Program-made: the position numbers and the translations under genes
From: Protoeuglena noctilucae
Lineage: Eukaryota
NCBI GenBank assembly: GCA_958009085.1
Contig: OY253678.1
Location: 248,001-312,000, forward strand
Length of the DNA stretch: 64,000 nucleotides
Direction of reading: 5' to 3'
The notes under the pieces: model-generated
The model's database searches: none
What the model was told of the DNA's origin: nothing
Seen by the model: only the letters and a program-made list of their open reading frames with translations
Shown: positions 39,401-49,516 of the stretch, piece after piece
How the letters are laid out: each line of letters begins with the position of its first letter
Position numbering within the stretch: position 1 is the first letter of the stretch

Positions 39401-40667
39401 ACCGCAGCCATCCCGACGGACGAGGGCGCCCACGTCAACCGCAGTGGAAAGGAGGCGCCTGCCGTCGCGGGTGTGGGCGCGGGGGCGACTGGCGCGCCCA
39501 AACCCACGCGCACCGCGCTGGTGTCGCAGGTGCGCCGACCGCCCACCAACTCGGCCGCATGTCACATTGGCTGCACGCCGACTCGGCACGATCCTTGCCT
39601 CACAGCGCCCTCGCCCGCCAGCTTCTCTGCGTTCCCCTGCGACCATTCCTGCGTCCGTTCTCCGCCCCAGGTGTCGGTCGCCGCCCACCGCGTGCAGCGG
39701 AGCCGGCAGGACAGCGTGGGCAGCGTGGCAAGCAACACCCAGGGCCGCGCGCACCGTATGGTGGTGGCGGGCCACGTGGCGGGCACGGCGTGGCGCATGT
39801 CCATGACCCGGGGGCCCCGCGATCCCGGCGCAGGCGCCCCGGGCACGCCGCGCGCCGTGTCCCTGGCGCACTCGCACTCGCAGTCGCTCCAACGGAGTGC
39901 GGGCGAGGTGGGCGAGGGTGCAGCCGGTGCCTGGTCGGCATCAGCGTCCAAGGCAAGGGCCACGGCGCTGTGGAGCCAGGCGGAGCACGCGGTTGCGGGG
40001 TCGGGGGTGGGGCCGATGGGGAGCGGGGGCACGGAGGGCGTCGTGCCGCGGAGCCTGGCCCGGGCCGTGACGGCCAAGGAGCAGACGGTGGCAGAGGCGG
40101 TGGCGGCGGCGACGAGGAGGGCGCGGGAGGTGCGGGATGCCCGGGAGGCGCGGGAGGTGGAGAAGGAGCGGGAGAGGGAGCGCGGGAAGGCGCGTGTGTC
40201 GCGGATGCTGCTGACGGGGGCGGGGGTGGGCGTGGAGGTGGAGATCATGCCGTCGCGGCAGATCCGGCGTCCCCGGCCGGCCTCCGTGGCCCTCAAGTCC
40301 TCCGCCCGAGTCTCTGCCATGGTCCTGCGGTGAGCTTTTGTATAACGCGAGGTGCACGCGATTGCTTTCTGAGGCGAGTAGGCCTGGCGGATGGGAGGTG
40401 CATCTTTGCCCACGTTCTCGCAGTCCGGAGGACTTCTTTGGGGAGGGCGAGGACATGATGGCGGAGGAGCATGAGCAGATGGAGCTCCATCGCCTGGCTC
40501 GCACGAGGCGCAACTACTTCATCACCGAAGCCATGCAGGGCAACGAGATGGCGCTGCGGCTTTTCGACGGGAAGGTGGGGTGGAACCCCGACGGGGTGCT
40601 GGCGCAGCGGAGGCGACGGCTTGCACGGGTGCAGCAGTCGGCGCAGACGGGCAAAGGCGGCATGTAG
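36426..40667 (+). CDS. Large uncharacterised multi-exon protein (helical core, long disordered C-terminal part)
   Basis: In-frame exons with canonical and GC-AG junctions (e.g. MHWEATLEKSPNIAVYAGPVAKLE, FLLFLFKFIENP, FSRGEMERRNWSK). Last exon ends GKGGM*. Confidence 0.65.
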
Positions 40668-40685
40668 GGGAGAGGCTGGGGAGAA

Positions 40686-40749
40686 GCTTCAACGTTTAAC
40701 ACACACGATTCGTGATGCTTCAACGTTTAACACACACGATTCGTGATGC
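40686..40749 (+). repeat. Perfect 2 x 31-bp tandem repeat in a 3' UTR
   Basis: gcttcaacgtttaacacacacgattcgtgat at 40686-40716 and 40717-40747, followed by gc. Confidence 0.95.
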
Positions 40750-40877
40750 AAGCACACAAGTTTGCATAGACAAAGGAACCTAGTCCAGGGTGGCAATTCT
40801 CATACGCCACTAAGCCGCCTACACACGGCCAACTGCACCTAAGGAACTGATGATCTTAGACAACAAAAAACATCCCT

Positions 40878-41507
40878 CTACGTCCGCTCCGAGGACCGGC
40901 CCCCGAGCAGGGGCGCCCCAATGCTCTCGTCGTGGCCTGGCCCGACGCTGCTGGCCGCAGACGAGGCAGGGCCGTACTCCTCCGCAGACGGGTGCACCCT
41001 CGCCGCGCCGCCCCTCGCCCGGGACGCCGCCCGACCCAGCCGCGCCGCATCCGATTGCCGCCCGCTGATCAGACCCACACCTTCGTCCGCAGCTGCGTCA
41101 TACGGCCCATCACCGCTCCGCGTCTCTGCATGCTGCTCGGCGGGGGCCACGCGGCGGCTGACCCCCGAGTGCTGCCGCGCGGGCGGGGCTCCCCGGGCTC
41201 CACCGCGGCCGAAACCCTGGCTCGGCCCCTGCTCCCCCGGCTGCAGGGTTGCAGCGCTCTCCGCCACCTCCACTCTCGCAGTCACCACGGACGGAGTGAG
41301 GGGCTCCCTAACATCCACCAAGTTAGCCCCGCCCTGCGCCTGCTTCGGGTCGCCGTCCCGCGCATGCGAGCGCACGCTCGACTCCGGCACCCACGACCGG
41401 TCCAGTGTCAGACCCGGGGCCTCCGCTGCGGCCCCGCTCCTTCCCGGCGTTAGGTTGCTTGGCCGCCTCAGCTCGTTCACTGCCGGTTCAGCTGGGCGGC
41501 CTGCGCA
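40878..41507 (-). CDS. Putative trans-frame (-1) C-terminal extension of HIR, 209 codons, predicted disordered
   Basis: Stop-free from the slip site to the TAG at 40880-40878. Mostly G/C-ending codons, no ATG. Composition turns AT-rich immediately after the TAG. Confidence 0.6.
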   Translation of the reverse strand, partial: CAGRPAEPAVNELRRPSNLTPGRSGAAAEAPGLTLDRSWVPESSVRSHARDGDPKQAQGGANLVDVREPLTPSVVTARVEVAESAATLQPGEQGPSQGFGRGGARGAPPARQHSGVSRRVAPAEQHAETRSGDGPYDAAADEGVGLISGRQSDAARLGRAASRARGGAARVHPSAEEYGPASSAASSVGPGHDESIGAPLLGGRSSERT

Positions 41508-41513
41508 AAACCC
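41461..41513 (-). other. Candidate -1 programmed ribosomal frameshift signal (slippery heptamer plus stem-loop)
   Basis: mRNA: GCG GGU UUU | GCGCA | GGCCGCC-CAGCU ...16-nt loop containing UGA... AGCUG-A-GGCGGCC. Confidence 0.6.
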
Positions 41514-42691
41514 GCCCGGATCTGCGCCGTCACGTCGGCGACGTTGCCGGGCGTGTGGGGCATGAAGATGGCGTGGTTGCCCGCCGTCGTGCCCACGTCC
41601 TTCAGCATATCGAAATACTGCGCGGCAGGGCGCCAGGTGTGTCGTCATGAGGCCTAAGTGGCCACAACGATGGTGCGGCGCCTTGCCTGGGGGCCTGCCG
41701 CCGTGCACCAGCAGTCAGCATGCAGGTCTCACCTGCGTCATCAGCATGAGCTCCAGCACATCCCGGCTGTTGACGCCCTGCACTTGGTCGGAGAACTGCA
41801 TGACCGAGTCCCGCAGACCGTTTACGATCGCCTGCCTGCGTGCACCGGCGGCACGGGGCACACGTTTGTCAGCGCGGCAAGGGCCCACCCAGACCCAACA
41901 GCAAGCCCAGACAGACGCAGCAGCGGGCCCACACAGACGCAGCAGCGGCCATAAACAAGGCGCTGCACTGCTCCCCGCCCGCGCTCGCCTCTGCCGCGCA
42001 ATGCCCTGCCCCTGGAGGTACTTGGACTCGGCGTCCGCCTCGGCGGCCTTCACGACGCGTATCTTCTGCGCCTCCGCCTGCTCGTACGCCGCCTGGCGCA
42101 GCCGCTGGGCCGCGTTGATCTCGTTCATCGCCGCCTTGACTTTGCTCTCCGGGTCGATGTCCGTCACCAGCGCCTGGAGGATGGTGTAGCCGAAGCTTGA
42201 CATGGCCTTGCTCAGCTCCGCCTTGACGGCGCCCGCGATCTCCACCTTGCTGACGAACACGTCGTCCAGGTTCATCCTGGGGACTGTCGCACGGACCGTG
42301 TCGAAGACGAACGCGGTGATTTGCGCGTGCGTGTCGCTCAGCCGGTAGTAGGCGTCGTGGACCTGGTCAGGCATGACCTGCGTGCAGAGGGGCGGCCTTG
42401 CTGGGACCCTGGTTGGCTAACACGCAGCGCCTGCTGGCCGTCTGTTGCGCAGCGCCTGCTCGCCTGGTACTGCAGGGAGACGACGACCTTAACGAAGACG
42501 TTGTCGTTTGTTTTGGTCTCCACGGTCACAGACAGGGACTGGATCCTCAGGGACACGTTCCCACTGATGCGGTCGCCGACGCAGCAGAAAACCCAGTTGA
42601 GCCCGGGGCCCACGAGGCGGTTGTACTTGCCGCACCGCTCGACGACGCCTACGGTCGACTGCTCCACGCAGGCGCAGCACAGGCTCGTCAT
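41477..42691 (-). CDS. HIR: Hypersensitive-induced response (HIR) SPFH/band-7 protein
   Basis: [101 protein letters not shown]. Four exons. Confidence 0.95.
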
Positions 42692-43228
42692 CCTGCCTCA
42701 GCCGCTGCGTGGCGAGGCGAAAACATGCACGCTATGCTTCGCGGCAGAGCCTTGCGGTTCACCCACACCCTTCCAGAGGGAAGTAGGCCACGCTTCCCCC
42801 CCTTGCGCCGGCCGCACGAAGAATATCAGGATATGAGTGCGCGGCAGACGCAGAACAAGGCTTGTCGTACTCACCGCCGCGCGCAACCGAGCGCAAACGA
42901 GGCCACCTGGTTGACCGTGCCTTGCCACACGCAGTTGCTACAGATGAGCGGCGGGGTACCTATTCAGACCAACAAGTACCTCGCGGTTGTGTCCATCACA
43001 GGAAGGGGAGGAGCTTGGACTTCACCGTTCGCTCGCTCGACGCTTTTGCCCTAAGTGTCGCTGTCACTGTGTCAGGCGGGGGCTGCCTTTGGAATGGATG
43101 CCCTCGCTGGACCGGCGTGATCATATTGGCGAGCGAGCGGCGCCCTGCACTCATCCCCGAGGCCACTGCCCGACTGTGCCCGCATTTCCCCTCAAGCGGG
43201 GCGGCGGGGGCCGGAGCGGAAGTTAGGG

Positions 43229-45225
43229 ATGGCGAAAACCGCGGCAGGGGTGGTTGCTGGCATCGGGGGTCTGCAGTACATCCACTGCCAGGCGAGAGCT
43301 CGTGTTCCGAGCCCGTGTGGCTTGGCAGGCCCGCGCTAACATCGCGCGGCGTCCGATCGCCGGGGGCGTCGGAAAGGCTGTTGTTGCGTTGCTAGCGGCA
43401 AGTGTGACCTCGTCGAGATCGCGCGGGCGCCGTCACGCCTCCCCCGCCGCGATTTCCTTGGGCAAGGACGCGATTTTACTTGGCCGTTCTTCCTCCACAG
43501 AATCGGGGTCTTTCAGGGGCGCGATGCGTGGCGGACTTTGCGGATACGTTTGCTGAGTTCCGCACAGCAATGGCTTCCGCAGGGTGAGCGCGCGCCGTGC
43601 TGGCCTGCCGCTCGGACGCCCGGGATGACTGGTTGATCCGCCGTGCATTCCCCCCGACGCTCGCAGGCGAACGCAGAGCGCGGAAAGCGACCGCATCCTC
43701 CAAGAGCTCCGCGCACAGCTGGCGGCATTGACAGGTGCGCATCCAGCGACGCTGCTTGACCTCGAACACGCTGTGGGGAACGTGCTGCCACTTCCACCCT
43801 TCCCCGTGGCTCCTCAGGGACGGTGCGGCATCAGTCCCTCCTGATGTCATCATCGGGAGAGTCCAGGAGCTCCTCGGTGCCGTGGTCCACCGTCCTGGTC
43901 CTGCTGTCGGTGGCCGCGGCTGGGGGCCTGGCCTACTGGCAGATGCCCAGCATCTTCCATGGCATCCTGCCGGCGACCAAGGCCAACCTGAACGACGTCG
44001 CGGGCAACGTCAAGTGCGGGCGCCGCGAGAGCAGTGCAGCTGTGCTGGCCCGCCACCCTACGCGCCACCACCTCGTGCCCGCCCCGGCCACAGGAAATTC
44101 GTGAGCCAGACTCGGGCCTTTCTGACGGATCGCATCGCCGCGGTCATGGGCCGCGTCGAGGTCGTGGACAAGAGGGTGGAGGAAGTCCATGGGAAGGTCG
44201 GGGAGGTCCAGGACGGGTGCGTGCGTGGCAGAACCCTTTGGCCTTTGCACCCCGCCGCCGCCACTTCGCTCCCAGACGTGAAATCAACCAGATCGTGCTC
44301 CTCCCTGACCCGCTCCCGCAGCGTCACGCGCGTGGGGTCCCAGGTGGAAGGGCTGGAGGAGAGCCTGGCTGACCACGGCCGCATGCTTCAGGGCATCGGG
44401 CGCATGCACAGCGTGTCGATGAACCTGCTCCTGTGGCTGAGCCACATCGTCGCGGACGTCTCGCGCTCCGTGCCCACCGTGTCCCAGACGGCCAGGGACG
44501 GCCTCCGGGCGGTCCTCGACTCGGCCGCCTGGGCGCCCGACTCCCTCCAAGCCCCCGACCTCTACGCGCTGCGGTGACGACTGCGCTGCGAGGCCCCGCA
44601 TGCGCTTGGCCCGCATGCTATGACCACCGCTTCGTGGCAGCGACGGCGACCGCGTCTCTGAGCCCGCAGCTCTTACACGGCGGCCAAGGCGCAGGCGGAG
44701 GCACAGACGCTGTCGCCCCAGGCGGCGAACGCACGCATCCGCGTCGGCACGGGGGCAGTCGCTGGCCAGGCTCCCATGGGCGCGTCCCCGCGCAGGTGAG
44801 GCAGTGCGCAGGCAGAAACGATGCAATGGCATCGCAACCGCGCCAGCGGTTACGACAGTCGCCCACCTCCTGGCGTGGCATGCAGGGGGCAGCGGCCACG
44901 GCACTTGGACAGGGGGCAGGCGGCCCCCTCGACCCTCTGCCAAGACGACAGGCCGCCTTTGGCGACCCCGCCTCCCGCCAGCGATGCTGGCGCGTCTTCC
45001 TCGGCCACTCCGGGCGCTTCCTGGGGCTGGGGTGCCCTTTTCCGCCTCGCAAGTGGGCGAGGCGGGCGCGACGCTGCGCTTGACCCGGCATCAGCCGACT
45101 TTTGGGCGAGCGCCGACGTTCCCCGGACGCCTGTGCCAGATTCGAAGGGCGTGCGGGTGCAGGTTGTCTGCAACGCAGCGACGGAGTGCTCGGACGAAAG
45201 TGAGGGTGCGCCAGTGCAACGCTGA
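43229..45225 (+). CDS. DUF1664-like membrane/coiled-coil protein
   Basis: Hydrophobic VLVLLSVAAAGGLAYW followed by ATKANLNDVAGNV.KFVSQTRAFLTDRI and a coiled coil, then SMNLLLWL. About 8 exons. Confidence 0.7.
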
Positions 45226-45411
45226 TGCCAGTGCGCATGCTGGCGTTTCCAGCTGACTGTTCACAGCATCGCGCTCAGTACTGTCGCTTACGGTTGTGCC
45301 CATCGCGCATAGCTCGACGCTGTCGCCGGAGAGTTGAATACGCGCGTCCGAACGAAGCACGGTAGTTTTTCTGTAGAAACCAGCGACGTTACCAAGTCAG
45401 GCCCGCAGCGG

Positions 45412-46600
45412 ATGTACCCACCTGTCGACACGGCGGGGGCCACGGGGCCGGAGAACGTGAGGATCGACGAGCCCGCCGTGGCGCTGGCCGAGCGCGTGTG
45501 GGACCTCCAGGCAAGCCACCGCTGGCTTTTCGGCGGCGTCCTGCTGCTGATGGCCCTTAAATGTGATGTGATCGTACTCGTTGCAAGTACGATTTCTGGG
45601 CTTCAATCTCTACCTGGGAGACGCTTGCCGCAGATGCGTCTCGACATGCCGGAGGAGCTCGTTCGCGATCTCTTGAACAGCGCGGGGACCGACATCGTCG
45701 TCATTGCTGACGACTCAGGATCCATGGCGTCGGTGAGCCATTGTCTGCGTGAAGCGACTGTGCTTCGGTAACACAGCTACCGTGCTGGGACAACCTTCGC
45801 CACCTTTTTCCAATCTCAGGTGGTGGACACGACGGACGTGACGCGCCCGAAGACGCGCTGGGACGAGCTGCAGGAGACGCTGTCTGACCTCGTCAGCATG
45901 CTCCTCCTCGTAGACCACAACGACGGTTTCGCCCTGAGGCTGCTCAACGACCCACAGGTGGCTAGCAACCCCGCTGCACAGCGCTGCATGCAGCGTCGTC
46001 CTCAGCGTTCGTGACCTCTTACGTCTCTCTGCAGTGGTACACCATTCGTGACGCAAGCCGGCTGCGGGAGATCTTCGCCAGACGCAAGCCGAACGGGGCC
46101 ACGCCCTTGCGGGAAGTCCTGCAGCAGACGTTCGATGGGAAGTGGACGAAGTCCCTGGCTCGCAAGGATCACAAGGAGGTGTTCGTGCTGGTGCTGACCG
46201 ATGGAGAGCCGAGCGACTGCAACTTCGACGGCCTGGCCACGCTCCTGCGCCACCGCACCATGGACCCGGCATACTACGTGTCCTTCCTGATGTGCACGAA
46301 CGAGGCGAGTGGCACACGTTTAGAAGACGTGACGTGGATGCGAGCGAGAGGCACCGTCGGCAACGGTCATGCAAAGCCCCCACGCAGGACGACGTGGTCG
46401 TTAGGTACAACACAGCCATCGATCCCATCAAGGGCTGCGACGTGTCGGACGACTACCAGAGCGAGAAGCGCGAGGTGCAGCGCAAGGGCCGCTCCAAGTT
46501 CAGCAAGAACGAGTGGCTGGCCAAGGCGGTGCTCGGCGCCAAGTACGAAAAGTACGACAGCATGGATGAGGGCAAGGGCGGGTGCTGCTCGGTCATGTGA
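45412..46600 (+). CDS. vWA-domain protein with C-terminal CaaX (paralog 1)
   Basis: MIDAS motif IADDSGSM, TRWDEL, NGATPL, VLTDGEP, DVSDDYQSEKREV. Ends GGCCSVM*. Confidence 0.85.
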
Positions 46601-47895
46601 CGGCGCCCGGGTACAGCGCGATCTCGTCCACGTCCGCCGAGTCCCGGTCGAGAGGGAACGCGCTTAGGTCCTTCCCCAGGGCCAGGCAGCACACGCCCTC
46701 GCGCCGGGTGTGCTTGAAACGGTGACCGTAGCGCTCAGCGTCCTGGAAGTCCCCCGCGTCGATCTCGCAGCAGGTGGCGCACAGCAGCTCTGCAGGGGCG
46801 GGTGTCGCGGGGCAGTCGGGGCTGCAGCGCGGGACCCGGGCTTGCAGCCGCGGACCTCGTAACCCTACCCCTCGCCGCACCTGGACACCCCGCGTCGTCG
46901 TACATGTCCCGATAGACGCACGCCCGCAGCTGCAGCTCGACGCCCGAGTCGGGCTCCTCGGACACGAGGACGGAGGGCCGGAACGACGGCCCAAGGCCGT
47001 AGCCCAGGGCCACGAGCTGCCCCACGTCTGCGGTGGGTTATGCAAGTCTTGAGGGTTTGCACGCGGCCAAGAGTGGGGCAGCTCGTGGGTGTTTACGGGA
47101 CAGCCACGCAGCACAATCGCGTCACCTTCCCAGTACAGGTTCCGACGGAACAGGTTCTTGGCGACGAAGAAGGAGAACCGCTTGATGCGGCCACGCAGGG
47201 CCACGGAGGCGGCGCCGTTCAGGGCGGCCATGGCCTCCAGGGCGGCCGCGTCGCTGCCGGCGAGGCTGCAGAGAGACTGGTACGCAGCCAGGGTGTAGCA
47301 CGCGTGCTGCAGGAGACGGGGGGCTGCACTGGGTAGCCCCTGCAGGCTGGGGTTGCCTCCCAGCAATCATCGCACGCACAGCCTCGGCAACCCTGCTCGC
47401 CTTCACGTGCCACCCCTCCCCATCCTCCTGCCCCTCCGACGCCTGCCACCGGGACAGGAGCTGGGTGGCCCGGTCGTCGATGGCAGCCATCACCTCCTCC
47501 TCGCGTCCACGTGCGCGCTCCAGCTTTCCCAGGTTGTCCTTGAGCGTGGCCCGCCATATGACGAATGCCCGGTCCTTGAGGCCCGCATCCAGGCCCCGGA
47601 CGACCTTGCCCGGCTCAGCCTGGCTCCGGAGATGTCTCTGCGCTCGGTGGGCCCCAGCGAGGCTCAGCGGCCCCATGAATCTACGAGGGTTCCCAGCCGC
47701 GACGCAAGCGCGATGCGATGCGCGCCTGAAGAGGTTCCGCCCACGGAGGGAGATGGCGGCCGTCGAAGCGCTCAGACTCGACGTTTCCCGGGCCCGCCTG
47801 ACCCCTCGCCCCGGCAGCCTGCTCTTGCCCGGAGCCGCCGCCCCTTTCCCCGCCCATCCTTCGCGCGGATGGCCCGCATATGTGGCCACCGACAC
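46593..47895 (-). CDS. Organelle-targeted protein with ATC-hydrolase-like (L-2-aminothiazoline-4-carboxylate hydrolase family) domain
   Basis: ACVYRDMYDDAGCPELL..CCEID...F...YGHRF pattern; Arg/Ala-rich N-terminus. Start uncertain. Confidence 0.55.
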
Positions 47896-48232
47896 GCCTC
47901 GCGAACAACTCCGCGCGGCGCCTCAGCATCGAGCCGGCATCGCAGAGCTGGGGAACGGCGCCTGTGATTGCCCTTTTATTGCCAAATGGGAGAATGCGGG
48001 CCCCGATGGAGGTGGGCCTGCTTCGCTAGAGACCAATGGCAGATTGTGTGTACGTGGGCGCCGATCAAATAGGCTGGCAGGGAGGGGCAATGCCAAGTGT
48101 CGGGGCGTAGGGCTGCCTGTTGCACGGCTTCGCTGCCCACAGAAAAAGCAGTTGTTCCACCCGCTTGGTGTGTTACACCGATCACTGTAGACGGGCTCAT
48201 AGCTGCCGGGCATCGCGCAGGAGGGGCACGCC

Positions 48233-49329
48233 ATGCCCCCACCACCAAAAATGATGCCCCAGAGGGGCCTGGGGCCTGAGCAAATGGACGATATTGAGAT
48301 AGAAGACCTGGGGTCTAAGGTTCGGAAGCTGCAGGTGCGAGGGGGGGCAGGGGAGAGGCGCAAGGGCACGCGCATGCGGAAAGCCGTGCTTTGCCTTGCC
48401 GTCACCCGTCAGGTGCGTCACTCCTCGCAGATGGAGCTGGACCTTCCGGAGGCGGTCGTCAGGGACCTCTTGAGCATAGCCGGCACGCCGCTGGTGGTCC
48501 TTGCGGACGACTCCTCGTCCATGTCCTCGGTGGTGGACGCCAGCGACATATACAAGCCCAAGACGCGGTGGGACGAGCTGAAGGAGACGCTCGAGGAACT
48601 GCTGGGAATGCTGCTTCTGATTGGTGAGCTCACGTGCAGGAAGGGACGCTTTGCGTGGTGCAGGGCGTGCAAAGAGTTGACTGAGGCGCATTGCCCGCTA
48701 CCCATTGCAGGCCACCAGGACGGCTTTGTGCTGAAGTTCCTCAACTCGCCCACGTGGCACATGCTGAGCACGGTGGAGCAGGTGGCGCGCCTGTTTCGGA
48801 ACAAGGTGCCGCGGGGCCACACGCCATTGCGCCAAGACCTGCAGGCGGTGTTTAACGGGGAGTGGATGAAGGTGGGCCCGCGTCGTGAGGTCAAGGAGGC
48901 GATCGTCCTCGTATTGACGGATGGCGAGCCCACGGACGCGACGTTTGAAGGGCTGGCCTCCACGGTTCGCCACCGCCCCTCGCGCGACCCCGCCTACTGG
49001 GTGTCCTTCCTCATGTGCACGAACGAGGTGACGGGACAAGCAATCACATGCGGTGGTTAGAGTCGCTGTAGCAGTCCTGATGACTTTTTGCCTGGAGTGT
49101 CGCTGCGCATGCGCAGGACGAGTTGGTCAAGCGGTACGACGACGTCATCGATGCGATCCCTGGCTGCGACGTCGTGGACGACTATGTCTCGGAGAGGGAG
49201 CAGGTGCTGCGCACGGGGCGCAAGTCCTTCACCAAGAGTACGTGGCTGGCCAAGGCGGTGCTGGGAGGGAAGATGGGGAAGTACGACGAGCTAGACGAGC
49301 GCAAGGGGTGCTGCTGCAGCGTCATGTGA
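48233..49329 (+). CDS. vWA-domain protein with C-terminal CaaX (paralog 2)
   Basis: LADDSSSM, TRWDEL, RGHTPL, VLTDGEP, DVVDDYVSEREQV. Ends GCCCSVM*. Confidence 0.85.
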
Positions 49330-49516
49330 CAGCCTGCCTTGGTCGCTGGGCAGTGCTCTGCACGACCTGCGCGAGCATGCCAGCCCCCAGCCGTGATTTT
49401 CCACACACAGCGTGATTTATTCACCTTTCCCGTTTTGCATCCATTTCAAGCACATTGTTGGACAGCGCACATCCGACATAGAACATGACGTGACGAGCCG
49501 CTGCGCTGGCGGGTCT

